From: Saprospiraceae bacterium
Lineage (GTDB): Bacteria > Bacteroidota > Bacteroidia > Chitinophagales > Saprospiraceae
Length of the DNA: 64,000 nucleotides
Reading direction: 5' to 3'
Assembly: GCA_021299835.1 (NCBI GenBank)
Contig: JAJTER010000002.1
Span: 35,529-99,528 of the forward strand
Shown: positions 17,198 to 27,034 of the stretch, piece after piece
Position numbering within the stretch: position 1 is the stretch's first letter
Layout: every line of letters begins with the position of its first letter
Notes under the pieces: generated by a model
The model's database searches: none
What the model was told of the DNA's origin: nothing
The model's input: the letters and a program-made list of their open reading frames with translations, nothing else
Made by a program: the position numbers and the translations under genes

Positions 17198-19703
17198 TAC
17201 TGAATAAAAATTTCCCATTATCCCAGAAATCCCTGAAAAGCAGATTATCAACATAATAAACCATACTGCCCTGCCCTACTGACTCAGCACCTATAACCAA
17301 AGATTCTTTAAACTTTTCCAACGCCTTATAGCCTACATAGCCACTTGGTTTGAATGACTTATCTGTAATACCTATGTTATAGGTATTTTCACCGCTCAGT
17401 TTAAACGTAGCATTCGTCGTCTTCAATGAAAAATAGGCATCTGACTGCCCGTAAGCTAAAGGGTGAGAATTATCTAATTTTACTTTAAAGATAGCTCCCG
17501 GAGTGCCTTCGCTTAATTCCCTGCGATCATCCCCTGTATAATCAGACAATACTATATTTTTACCCGTTGATTTTGAAGCATCCTCCTCATTATTTTTTAG
17601 TGCAAATCCCGATTTACCACTTACGAGGGACAAGGCATCGCCCAGAATAATTAATCTTCCCCCTTTTCTTACCCACGTGGAAAAAGAACCTAGCATATTA
17701 TCTGAAAATCGGAAATAACCCTCGGGAACGATGATAACATTATAAGCATCTAAATTATATCTGTCCATTCTTGCAGCATCCAAAATAGCCACAGACATAT
17801 TCAATTCCTGTTCTAAATAGAACCAAAGATGCCCCAAATCATTAGCATTAGCCTGTTCACCACCTAAAACAGCTACATTGGGCGATTTCAGTAACTGAAA
17901 ATTACTGGAACCCAGATCACTTCCTGCGTTGGCAAAGCCCGTGGCAACAGAAGTTACTTTGATTTTATTTTCACTGGCCGTAGCAGAAATTATATCTGCT
18001 AAATTAGATATTTTAGGATTATCTCCTCTGGTTATAACTAAAGTACCCCTATCGTAAGACTGATCTTCAACTAAAAAAGGTTCATTGGCCACTCTAACCT
18101 GAACCCCCTTTTTAAGGACCTTAGTTAAAAATACCGCTTGCTCCAAGGATTCCCATTTCACCAAATAGGCATAATTACTTTTTGTGTTGAGTTCAGCTGG
18201 TTTATCGAAAACAAAACCTTTCACCTCTGGCTCGATACAGGTTTGAGTGGCAAACCCAGGTAGTCCATAAGCATAAATAAGAGACCAGGCCGTGATATCG
18301 TAAGTATTTGAATCTTGTACCTCCACTTCTGGGTCGAGTAAAATTTGCGCCATCATACCTCTTGGTTGACAAGCATTGATCATCAAATCTCCCGATGCTA
18401 TTTCCAGGGAAGTATTCTTACCAGTTTCATATTGATAAGCCGACACATTCATTTTCTTTGTAGCAGTGCCGTAACTGATGCCATTTTTATCGAGCAAAGC
18501 ACAGAATCTTTTTAACCGATCCGGGACGGCCGACTTTTTTATTACATAAGTTTTATACATCCCTGTAGGATTCTCCGACGATTTTTTAAAGAAAGCGGCG
18601 AATTCTGCATTTAACCTGGCTGCATTGTTTGCGGCCATTTCAACGGTAGAAAGGGCCGTTGTTTTATGATGAGCTATTCGATCAGACAATCTCAAGGTAT
18701 CGCCATTTGGCAGAAGGATAGCCAGACCTGCCCCAATGCCCCCTTGTTCGTAGGTCATTCCGATGGCTCCGTTATACGTTGGATAAGTATCGCCATAACT
18801 TGGATATAGTAAGTCAAAAACTTCTCTGGTAAAATAAAGCCATCCATTTGCATCGAAGTACCTGGCGTGATTTTTACCAATTTGAAATTGAAAATCTTTT
18901 TGCCATTTTGTCACATAACTATGATATGGATTAGCTGCCGGAGCAAAATAATAAGGACTGGAATAGCCTTGTTCGTGAAAATCGGCATGAATTTGTGGCA
19001 TCCAACTCAAATATTGTACGGCGCGCTGCTGCGTTTCCAATTGTGTTTGCCAGGCCCAATCTCTGTTAAGATCAAAATAATAATGATTTGGCCTGCCTCT
19101 TGGCCAGGGTTCCTGATGTTCCCTACTTTCTGGCCGTACATCGGGTGTTTTACCAGCTATTTGTTTATACCAATGGGTATATCTTGAATACCCATCCGGA
19201 TTCAAGCTCGGGTCTATGATAACCAGCGTATTTTTCAGTTGTTTCTTAATATTATCATCTGCGGCACTGGCCAATTCAAAAAGAGTGATCATGGCCGTTT
19301 CAGAACATGATGCCTCATTTCCATGGACACCAAAACTTAACCAAACAATGGAAAGATTGTCCCATTTAGGATCTGTTTTCCCAGGGAGTAATCCCGCTCT
19401 TCTCTGATTATTAGTCCTAATTTGTTCCAGGTTAGCCAGATTTTCAGGCGTTGAAATAAAAGTCAACAATAAGGGTCTATTCTCTGTAGAACGACCGTAT
19501 TCTATTAGTTTTACCTGAGAACTATTGTCAGCCACGTGTTTAACATACTCAACCAGAGATTCATGCGGCGTAAACTCTTCTCCAAATCGATTAGAAAGGA
19601 AATTATATGGCGATTTTAGCTGTGAGAAAAGCGAAGCATTTATCCCTAAAATAAAAAGAAAAGAGATGATACACTTCAGCATAAAAGGTCGAATAAATGA
19701 CAT
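17175..19703 (-). CDS. M14 family zinc carboxypeptidase-like protein
   Basis: Signal peptide. FGVHGNEASCSE matches the HxxE zinc motif, with a large C-terminal extension. Confidence 0.75.
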   Translation of the reverse strand: MSFIRPFMLKCIISFLFILGINASLFSQLKSPYNFLSNRFGEEFTPHESLVEYVKHVADNSSQVKLIEYGRSTENRPLLLTFISTPENLANLEQIRTNNQRRAGLLPGKTDPKWDNLSIVWLSFGVHGNEASCSETAMITLFELASAADDNIKKQLKNTLVIIDPSLNPDGYSRYTHWYKQIAGKTPDVRPESREHQEPWPRGRPNHYYFDLNRDWAWQTQLETQQRAVQYLSWMPQIHADFHEQGYSSPYYFAPAANPYHSYVTKWQKDFQFQIGKNHARYFDANGWLYFTREVFDLLYPSYGDTYPTYNGAIGMTYEQGGIGAGLAILLPNGDTLRLSDRIAHHKTTALSTVEMAANNAARLNAEFAAFFKKSSENPTGMYKTYVIKKSAVPDRLKRFCALLDKNGISYGTATKKMNVSAYQYETGKNTSLEIASGDLMINACQPRGMMAQILLDPEVEVQDSNTYDITAWSLIYAYGLPGFATQTCIEPEVKGFVFDKPAELNTKSNYAYLVKWESLEQAVFLTKVLKKGVQVRVANEPFLVEDQSYDRGTLVITRGDNPKISNLADIISATASENKIKVTSVATGFANAGSDLGSSNFQLLKSPNVAVLGGEQANANDLGHLWFYLEQELNMSVAILDAARMDRYNLDAYNVIIVPEGYFRFSDNMLGSFSTWVRKGGRLIILGDALSLVSGKSGFALKNNEEDASKSTGKNIVLSDYTGDDRRELSEGTPGAIFKVKLDNSHPLAYGQSDAYFSLKTTNATFKLSGENTYNIGITDKSFKPSGYVGYKALEKFKESLVIGAESVGQGSMVYYVDNLLFRDFWDNGKFLFSNALFFRF

Positions 19704-19750
19704 AAAACAGTAATTAGGAAGATGAATTAATAGAACAGACTAAAATAATA

Positions 19751-20707
19751 TTAAAATACGGATTCCGCAATTTTTTTAATAGTATCCACATCACCCATAG
19801 TGTAGTAATGCAGGCAAGGTACTCCTGCTGCCTTAAGTTCCTGACTTTGCGCTATACACCACTCGATGCCCACCTGACGTTTTGCCTCCATCGTTTTTGC
19901 TGAAAGAAAAGCTGAAACTAAATCTTCAGGAAGATTAATATAAAAATGACGGGGAATTGAGCTAAGCTGATACATTTTCGTAAGCGGTTTTAAACCTGGT
20001 ACAATGGGAATATGAATACCAGCATTTCTGCAACTTTCTACATATTCAAAATATTTTTTGTTATCGAAGAACATTTGAGTAACGATATATTCAGCACCAG
20101 CCTCGACCTTTTGTTTTATAAAAGCGAGATCACTTTCCATATTTGGAGCCTCAAAATGTTTTTCAGGATAGCCGGCAATGCCAATACAAAAGTTAGTTTT
20201 TTGCCCATTTTCAATATTTTCATCTAAATATCGACCATGATTCATATCATCAATTTGCTTAACTAAATCGAGTGCGTATGCATTTCCACCTGGTTCCGGG
20301 ACAAATTTAGAGTCAAATTGCAGTGCGTCACCTCGCAAAGCAAGAACATTATTTATTTCAAGAAAATTCAAATCAATGAGTGCATTTTCAGTATCCTCCC
20401 TGTTAAAGCCACCACAGATGAGATGTGGAACGGCATCTACATCATATCTATGCATTATGGCAGCACAGATACCCACCGTTCCGGGTCTTTTTCTTATAGC
20501 CGTTTTCTCGTAATAGCCCGAATCCTGCTTTTTATAGATATATTCCTCCCTATGATATGTCACATCAATAAAAGGAGGCTTAAACTCCATTAACGGATCT
20601 AAAAGATTAAAAATATCTTGCATACCACTCCCTTTCAGCGGCGGCAAAACTTCAAAGGAGATCAGCGTATTATTGCCTGCTTTTTTTAAATAATCAGTTA
20701 CTTTCAT
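19751..20707 (-). CDS. metF: methylenetetrahydrofolate reductase
   Basis: 318 aa. ISFEVLPP, FIDVTYH and the overall MetF pattern. Confidence 0.85.
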   Translation of the reverse strand: MKVTDYLKKAGNNTLISFEVLPPLKGSGMQDIFNLLDPLMEFKPPFIDVTYHREEYIYKKQDSGYYEKTAIRKRPGTVGICAAIMHRYDVDAVPHLICGGFNREDTENALIDLNFLEINNVLALRGDALQFDSKFVPEPGGNAYALDLVKQIDDMNHGRYLDENIENGQKTNFCIGIAGYPEKHFEAPNMESDLAFIKQKVEAGAEYIVTQMFFDNKKYFEYVESCRNAGIHIPIVPGLKPLTKMYQLSSIPRHFYINLPEDLVSAFLSAKTMEAKRQVGIEWCIAQSQELKAAGVPCLHYYTMGDVDTIKKIAESVF

Positions 20708-20821
20708 AAATATAATTGTCTAATAAAAAGGAATGCCGAAACAGAATGAACCATTAAAAGGTTTAAAAGTTAACAACATCTGCAAAGAAAAGTTAATTTG
20801 CGGCAAATTTCTTCAAAATTT

Positions 20822-21718
20822 ATGAAAAGGATATTATTTCCCACTACGATTTCGAAAGGTAGAGCCTACCTGACGTTATTTATTCTAAGTTTGATTTGGG
20901 GGACGTCCTTCATATTAATAAAAAAAGGTCTGAGTGTTTTTCCACCCGAACAGGTTGCCAGCTTGCGTATGGGGATGTCAGGATTAATATTTTTGCCTTT
21001 TATGATCTTACAGTTTAAAAAATTTGACTGGAGTAAAGTTCATCTTATTATTTTTGTTGGCCTGGCAAGTAGTACAATACCGGCATTTTTGTTTGCCAAT
21101 GCACAAATGCATATCAGTTCGTCCATGGCTGGTATTTTAAATTCACTGACTCCTTTATTTACTTTATTTCTGGGTATTTTATTTTTCAATTTACCTTTTG
21201 CCTGGCTCAGAATATTTGGCGTAATACTGGGTCTTGCCGGTGCCTATTTATTGCTCACACAAGGGTCGATTTTTATACCAGAAGGAGAAATACGCTGGGG
21301 AATATTAGTGGTTCTTGCCGCTTTATTATACGGTACTGGAACGAACGTAGTGGGTACAAAACTGAAAGGGATGCCAAGTTTTCAGATTAGTATTTACTCT
21401 TTTGGGTTAACTGGCGTGCCCCTGTTTGTTTATCTCATTGGATTCACCAATTTCACAGAAATTTTAAGTGTCCAACCGGGAGCATGGCAAGCGGTGGGTT
21501 ACATTTTCTTTTTATCATTAGTAAGCACCGTATTAGCTTCTGTTATATTTTTCGAGCTCATTCAGCAAACCTCTCCCCTTTTTGGCTCTATGGTAGCTTA
21601 TATGATGCCATTAGTTGCTATGATGTGGGGATTTTTAGACGGAGAGATATTGGGTTGGTGGAATTTTGCCGGAATGTTTTTGATTTTATTTGGTGTTTAT
21701 CTAAGTCGGAGTAAGTGA
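20822..21718 (+). CDS. EamA/DMT family transporter
   Basis: Ten predicted TM helices in two EamA-like halves. The start is set at the ATG (MKRILF); the ORF track uses the TTG at 20798. Confidence 0.75.
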   Translation: MKRILFPTTISKGRAYLTLFILSLIWGTSFILIKKGLSVFPPEQVASLRMGMSGLIFLPFMILQFKKFDWSKVHLIIFVGLASSTIPAFLFANAQMHISSSMAGILNSLTPLFTLFLGILFFNLPFAWLRIFGVILGLAGAYLLLTQGSIFIPEGEIRWGILVVLAALLYGTGTNVVGTKLKGMPSFQISIYSFGLTGVPLFVYLIGFTNFTEILSVQPGAWQAVGYIFFLSLVSTVLASVIFFELIQQTSPLFGSMVAYMMPLVAMMWGFLDGEILGWWNFAGMFLILFGVYLSRSK

Positions 21719-22189
21719 GTTTTTCTTGTTTTTATCACAAGCGCCATCACAATGTCCATAAAGATTTAGGGAATGATGCGCAATTTTAAAGTGAAGAAGT
21801 TCGCCCATCATCGTTTTTATTTGTTGAATTCTTGGGTCACAAAACTCAAGCACCTTACTACAATCCAGACAGATTAAGTGATCATGTTGTTTGAAGCCAA
21901 AAGATTTTTCGTATTGAGCGAGATTTTTACCAAACTGATGACGCTTCACCAGATCGCAATGAACCAATAGTTCCAGGGTATTATAAACTGTAGCTCTACT
22001 CACCCTATAACTTTGATTTTTCATGTGGATATAGAGAGCTTCGGCATCAAAATGATCCGTTCTATGATAAATTTCCTCTAAAATAGCGAATCTTTCTGGA
22101 GTCTTCCGCTGATTCTGCTGTTCCAGAAATGCGGTAAATATTTTTTTTACCTCTGTAAAAACTTCATTCGTAGTTTTTGTCTCAACCAT
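21701..22189 (-). CDS. Fur family transcriptional regulator
   Basis: Winged-helix N-terminal half, with HDHLICLDCSKVLEF and a C-terminal Cys pair. Confidence 0.8.
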   Translation of the reverse strand: MVETKTTNEVFTEVKKIFTAFLEQQNQRKTPERFAILEEIYHRTDHFDAEALYIHMKNQSYRVSRATVYNTLELLVHCDLVKRHQFGKNLAQYEKSFGFKQHDHLICLDCSKVLEFCDPRIQQIKTMMGELLHFKIAHHSLNLYGHCDGACDKNKKNSLTPT

Positions 22190-22216
22190 AACCTTTGTAT
22201 TATTCTACAAATTTAA

Positions 22217-24439
22217 TCAATCTAGCCTAACCACCGAAGAAATATTATCGAGCGCCTGCAGAGATTTAATAACCATGTGAAGCTGGTCCGTATTTTTAAT
22301 AATTATTTTTAGCCTACATTCAAAGTAACCCTCGTCACCTTCAATGGCCATAGAGCGAATATTCAGGCCTAATTGGGAAGAAATCTGGTGAGAAAGCTGC
22401 TCAATTACACCTGGTCCGCTATCAATACCTGTTATTTTAATTTCTGCAATAAAATTAACCTCGTTAGTAGTTTGTTGCCAGGATGCAGATAAAATTCTAT
22501 AACCATAATTCACCATTAAATGAGCGGCATTAGGGCAGGAACTTCTGTGAATTTTAAGTCCGACATTATGAGTCAGAAAGGCAAAAATATCATCACCTGG
22601 GAGTGGATTGCAACAATTTGCCAGGCTATATTCATATTGTTCTGCTGATTCCCCATTTACCAATAGCTTTGGTTTCTCCGACGGCTTAATAGGCGTTTTC
22701 TTTTCCGCGCTTTGTTTATCCAACTCGGGAAAAACAAAAGGGACTGAAATTTCCTTTAATTTTCCGGCGTCAACGTGAAAACGTTTAAAAATATCCTGAA
22801 TATCTCTGGTTTCAGTCGCTATATCGAAATAAAGATCAACCGACGATTTGTAGTCGAACACCTTTAAAATAAGCTCTAAAGATTCCTCAAATTCAACTTT
22901 CAGGTTTTTTAACTTTCTTTCTAAATATTCCTTTCCTATTTCACCTTTCCTTTTTCTTTCCTCCTTCATTGCAGACCTTATTTTGGCCTGCGCTTTGCCC
23001 GTGGTGGTCATCTTCAACCAATCTTCCGAAGGTTTCTGATTTTTTGAAGTATGAACTTGTATCTGATCCCCATTTTTTAATACTTTTCCAAAAGGAACCA
23101 ATTTATTATTTACCCTTATTGAAGTACAATGATAGCCAATATCGGTATGAATATGGAAGGCAAAATCAAGCGCTGTTGAACCTGCCGGAAGTAATTGAAC
23201 GTCCCCTTTAGGCGTATAAATATAAACTTCTTCCTTAAAAAGACTATTTGCACGAAAATCTACTAAAAACTCAATAGCATTAGCCGAAGGATTTTCAATG
23301 GTTTCCCTTACCGAATCTAACCAGCGCTCATAAACATCAGGCTGAGAGGATATTCCCTTATATTTCCAATGTGCAGCGTAGCCCTTTTCTGAAATTTCGT
23401 CCATTCGTTCTGTACGAATCTGGACCTCAACAAAACGACCATTAGGCCCAATCACTGTAGTGTGCAATGACTCGTATCCATTTGATTTCGGTGTGGTAAT
23501 CCAGTCTTTTAATCTATCAGCGATAGGCGTATGAACATCGGTTACTACTGAATATGCTTGCCAACAACTAATACGTTCTTTTTCAGATGGCACATCAATG
23601 ATGATTCGTACGGCGAATAAATCATAAACCTCTTCAAACTCTACCTTTTTAGTTCTGATTTTATTCCAGATGGAATAAATAGATTTAGGCCGACCAAAAA
23701 TTCGATAGGCAAAACCAAGTTCATTTAGTTTTTCCTTTAACGGGGCAATAAATTTATTGATATAATTTTCTCTGTCTTTTTTTGTCTCATTAAGCTTTTT
23801 AGCTATATTCTGATAGACCTCAGAATCTGTTATCTTCATACAAAGGTCTAAAAACTCTGTTTTAAAGTTGTATAGTCCCAGTCTGTGAGCCAAAGGAGCA
23901 TAAATATAACTTGTTTCTGCAGCTATTTTCAGTTGTTTATGACGTTCCATAAACCCGAGGGTTCGCATATTATGCAATCTGTCGGCCATTTTAATTAGCA
24001 CTACTCTGACATCATCAATCAAAGTAGAAAGCACCTTCTTGAAATTTTCCGCCTGGTGACTTTCTGCATTGTACGCAGCATCAAGCTTTGTGAGGCCATC
24101 TACGATTTTAGCTACCCGAACGCCAAATTTATTTTCAATTTCAGATAAAGTAATTTCTGTATCCTCTACGACGTCGTGTAAAAGGGCACAAATGATGCCT
24201 GTGGGTCCCAAGCCGATTTCTTCAGCACAAATTCTTGCTACGGCTATGGGGTGTAAAATATAAGGATCGCCAGATTTCCTTCTTTGATTAGCATGGGCTT
24301 TCAGGGCAATTTCGTAAGCTTCTCTGATATTTTTCCGATCCTTTTCATCCATAGAAACCCTGATAGATTGAATAAGCCCCTGGTAAGCTGTTTCTACTAT
24401 TTTAAGTTCTTCCTGAACACCAACCAAAAATGTTTCCAT
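22217..24439 (-). CDS. spoT: bifunctional (p)ppGpp synthetase/hydrolase (RelA/SpoT homologue)
   Basis: HD hydrolase domain (HPIAVA...LHDVVEDT), RelA_SpoT synthetase region, and TGS and ACT-like C-terminal regions. 740 aa. Confidence 0.9.
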   Translation of the reverse strand: METFLVGVQEELKIVETAYQGLIQSIRVSMDEKDRKNIREAYEIALKAHANQRRKSGDPYILHPIAVARICAEEIGLGPTGIICALLHDVVEDTEITLSEIENKFGVRVAKIVDGLTKLDAAYNAESHQAENFKKVLSTLIDDVRVVLIKMADRLHNMRTLGFMERHKQLKIAAETSYIYAPLAHRLGLYNFKTEFLDLCMKITDSEVYQNIAKKLNETKKDRENYINKFIAPLKEKLNELGFAYRIFGRPKSIYSIWNKIRTKKVEFEEVYDLFAVRIIIDVPSEKERISCWQAYSVVTDVHTPIADRLKDWITTPKSNGYESLHTTVIGPNGRFVEVQIRTERMDEISEKGYAAHWKYKGISSQPDVYERWLDSVRETIENPSANAIEFLVDFRANSLFKEEVYIYTPKGDVQLLPAGSTALDFAFHIHTDIGYHCTSIRVNNKLVPFGKVLKNGDQIQVHTSKNQKPSEDWLKMTTTGKAQAKIRSAMKEERKRKGEIGKEYLERKLKNLKVEFEESLELILKVFDYKSSVDLYFDIATETRDIQDIFKRFHVDAGKLKEISVPFVFPELDKQSAEKKTPIKPSEKPKLLVNGESAEQYEYSLANCCNPLPGDDIFAFLTHNVGLKIHRSSCPNAAHLMVNYGYRILSASWQQTTNEVNFIAEIKITGIDSGPGVIEQLSHQISSQLGLNIRSMAIEGDEGYFECRLKIIIKNTDQLHMVIKSLQALDNISSVVRLD

Positions 24440-24582
24440 ACTCTTTTAACAACAATGATTGTAATCAACTATTACTTAACGACTAAAATACTCATTTTGT
24501 CCCATTTAACCATCATTTAATTTTTCTAAAAAAAAATACGCCTAAGATTCAAATTATATTTTTTATTGAGTATAAATTAACT

Positions 24583-24590
24583 TATATTTG
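24583..24590 (+). promoter_or_regulatory. -7 box TATATTTG for tRNA-Leu
   Basis: Exact TAnnTTTG, 50 nt upstream of the tRNA 5' end. The leader contains the small hairpin aagctg-aattt-cagctt. Confidence 0.4.
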
Positions 24591-24639
24591 CGCTCAATTT
24601 ATTTAAAAGCTGAATTTCAGCTTAATTTATTGATTGTAC

Positions 24640-24721
24640 GCGGGTGTGGCGAAATTGGTAGACGTGCCAGACTTAGGATCTGGTGCCGCGAGGCGTGGGG
24701 GTTCGAGTCCCTTCACCCGTA
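24640..24721 (+). tRNA. tRNA-Leu (UAG anticodon), class II
   Basis: Hand-folded: acceptor GCGGGTG/CACCCGT, anticodon arm CCAGA-CTTAGGA-TCTGG, long variable arm GCCGCGAGGC, T loop TTCGAGT, discriminator A. No CCA is encoded. Confidence 0.85.
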
Positions 24722-24732
24722 CAAATGTTATA

Positions 24733-24771
24733 TTTGCAGTTATCCTTCTTGGGTAACTGCAAAATTTTTTT
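24733..24771 (+). terminator. rho-independent terminator after tRNA-Leu
   Basis: tttgcagttatcc / gggtaactgcaaa form a 13-bp stem with one mismatch, followed by a T-run. Confidence 0.75.
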
Positions 24772-24809
24772 AGTCTTACCCATTTCATTAAATCAAATAA
24801 TTCAGCCTT

Positions 24810-26228
24810 ATGCCAACTGTCGTCAGAGAAAATGTGGATGAATTGAGTGCCGTTCTTACTGTTAAACTTGCACCAGATGATTATCTGCCTAAGTTAAACG
24901 CCGAGCTAAAAAAGTATGCCCAAAAAGCTCAAATCAAAGGCTTTAGGAAAGGAAAAACCCCTGAGAGCTACGTAAAAAAGTTGTATGGCCAGTCTGTACT
25001 TCTCGATATTGTTAATAATGAAGTAAAAGAAGGTCTTTCGAATTTTATAAGGGATGAAAAACTTCTGCTGTTTGGCGAGCCTCTCATTAATGAAAAACAA
25101 GTTATTTATGACTTCGATGTTTTTCATTTAGAAGCGATGGATTTCCTTTTTGATGTAGGCCTTTATCCTGAAGTCAAATTATTGGGTCTTGACAAAGATA
25201 CTACCTATGATTATTTTGTTCAGGAAGTTCCAGGTGATAAAGTAGAGGAAGCTTACCAAAATTTGTTAAAAGATTTAGGTGAACCCTCTCCTGTTGAAAA
25301 AGAATTTACGCTGGGAGATTTATTAACCTGTGATCTTACCGAACTCATTGACGGTGAGGAAAAAGCTGATTCACTCAGAGTAAATAATATCATCAGTTTC
25401 GATGATGTAAGTGAAGCTATAAAAGAACAACTAAAAAAACTTTCCGTAGGTGATTCGTTTACTATCGATAAAGTTACTGATCTTGACGCCAGATTAGAGG
25501 AAAAGTTATTTAGAAAGCATATTCTTAAATTAGACGATAGCGACGACAGTACTTTTTCAGATAAGTTTAGCTTGAAAATACTCGAAGCTAAAAGAATCCT
25601 GCCGGCCACAGAAGATGAAGCATTTTTCCAAAAAGCATTTGGAACAAACAATGTAACGAATACTGCTGAAGGAAAAGAGGTTATAAGAAAACATATAGGT
25701 AATGAGACCTTAAGTTATTCAAATGGTCTTCTATTCAGAGATATTCAGGAAAAACTCATGACCTCACATGAAATCCAGTTGCCTGAAACTTTTATCAAAA
25801 GGTATTTACTTGAATCTGACAAGAATTTAACGGCTGAAAAACTGGATATTGAATTTCCAAATGTTATTTCGTCTATCAAATGGAGCTACTTAAAATCGCT
25901 TTTATTGGGCGCATTGAACGTTCAGGTGACTAAGGAAATGGTTCAAAGCCACCTATCCAGTAAAATTAGAGGTTATTTTGGACAGCAGGTTGCCGGAATG
26001 GAATCATTTATTCAAAATATGGTTGAGAAAATGATGGACGACGAAAAACAGGTTAATCAAGCATACGACGAATTGGAAAATTCTATGATGATGTTCAAAA
26101 TTCAAGAGGCTGTTAGTCTAAATGAAATAGTTCTGACAAAAGAGGCTTTTGAAGAAAAGACAAAAATATTTAATAAGCAAGAAAGTCTTGAAGGAGAAAA
26201 TAGTGAAGAGGAAATAGTAGCAGAGTAA
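24810..26228 (+). CDS. tig: trigger factor
   Basis: N-terminal ribosome-binding region with GFRKGKTP. It sits in the conserved tig-clpP-clpX order. Confidence 0.85.
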   Translation: MPTVVRENVDELSAVLTVKLAPDDYLPKLNAELKKYAQKAQIKGFRKGKTPESYVKKLYGQSVLLDIVNNEVKEGLSNFIRDEKLLLFGEPLINEKQVIYDFDVFHLEAMDFLFDVGLYPEVKLLGLDKDTTYDYFVQEVPGDKVEEAYQNLLKDLGEPSPVEKEFTLGDLLTCDLTELIDGEEKADSLRVNNIISFDDVSEAIKEQLKKLSVGDSFTIDKVTDLDARLEEKLFRKHILKLDDSDDSTFSDKFSLKILEAKRILPATEDEAFFQKAFGTNNVTNTAEGKEVIRKHIGNETLSYSNGLLFRDIQEKLMTSHEIQLPETFIKRYLLESDKNLTAEKLDIEFPNVISSIKWSYLKSLLLGALNVQVTKEMVQSHLSSKIRGYFGQQVAGMESFIQNMVEKMMDDEKQVNQAYDELENSMMMFKIQEAVSLNEIVLTKEAFEEKTKIFNKQESLEGENSEEEIVAE

Positions 26229-26304
26229 TTTTTAATTAATTTATTCCTGAGTAATTAAAACCCTATTTTATTTTGGTTGTTTCTCTAGTAAATAAACTTA
26301 AACC

Positions 26305-27018
26305 ATGATTCAAAAAGATGAGTTCCGTAAATACGCTGTTCAACATTTAGGAATGAGCGGCATGCACTTGGATAAATATGCACAAAAATCAGGATCCTTT
26401 ATCCCTGATATCAGAGCGTTTACCCCCAATGTTATCGAGGAAAGATCGATGAATATCGTTGGTTTAGACGTGTTCTCAAGGCTGATGATGGATAGGATTA
26501 TTTTCCTTGGTCTTGCCATTGATGAATATGTTGCTAATGTAATTCAAGCTCAATTACTGTTTTTAGAATCTACAGATTCTAAAAGGGACGTTCAGATGTT
26601 TCTTAATAGTCCCGGAGGTTCTGTTATAGCCGGATTGGGTATCTATGATACGATGCAGTACATAAGCCCCGACGTAGCAACTATCTGTACAGGTATGGCA
26701 GCGTCAATGGGTGCAGTGCTTCTGGCAGCGGGTACCAAAGGAAAAAGATCTGGTCTTCCACATAGCCGTGTTATGATTCACCAACCATTAGGTGGCATGC
26801 AAGGACAGGTATCTGATATGGAAATTTACTACACTTTAGTTAAAGAGCAACAAAAATCATTATACGATATCCTTAGCAATCATACTGGTCAGACTTATGA
26901 GACTATTGAAAAGGACTGTGACAGAGATAATTGGATGACCTCCAAAGAAGCTGTATCTTATGGATTATTAGACGAGGTCCTGGATAAGAGCAACAAAGAA
27001 AAAAAGAAAGAAGCTTAA
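26305..27018 (+). CDS. clpP: ATP-dependent Clp protease proteolytic subunit
   Basis: NSPGGSV, GMAASMGA (catalytic Ser) and MIHQPLGG (catalytic His). Confidence 0.95.
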   Translation: MIQKDEFRKYAVQHLGMSGMHLDKYAQKSGSFIPDIRAFTPNVIEERSMNIVGLDVFSRLMMDRIIFLGLAIDEYVANVIQAQLLFLESTDSKRDVQMFLNSPGGSVIAGLGIYDTMQYISPDVATICTGMAASMGAVLLAAGTKGKRSGLPHSRVMIHQPLGGMQGQVSDMEIYYTLVKEQQKSLYDILSNHTGQTYETIEKDCDRDNWMTSKEAVSYGLLDEVLDKSNKEKKKEA

Positions 27019-27034
27019 TTCTTCATTGAAATAA

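Noticed and set aside
20708-20797. Possible SAM/folate-type riboswitch upstream of metF
   Set aside because: The leader is only about 90 nt, is AT-rich and lacks the conserved helices and length expected of a SAM riboswitch.
24588-24773. 61-aa ORF in the track (MRSIYLKAEF...)
   Set aside because: It lies entirely over tRNA-Leu(UAG) and its terminator, so the reading frame is a by-product of the RNA gene.
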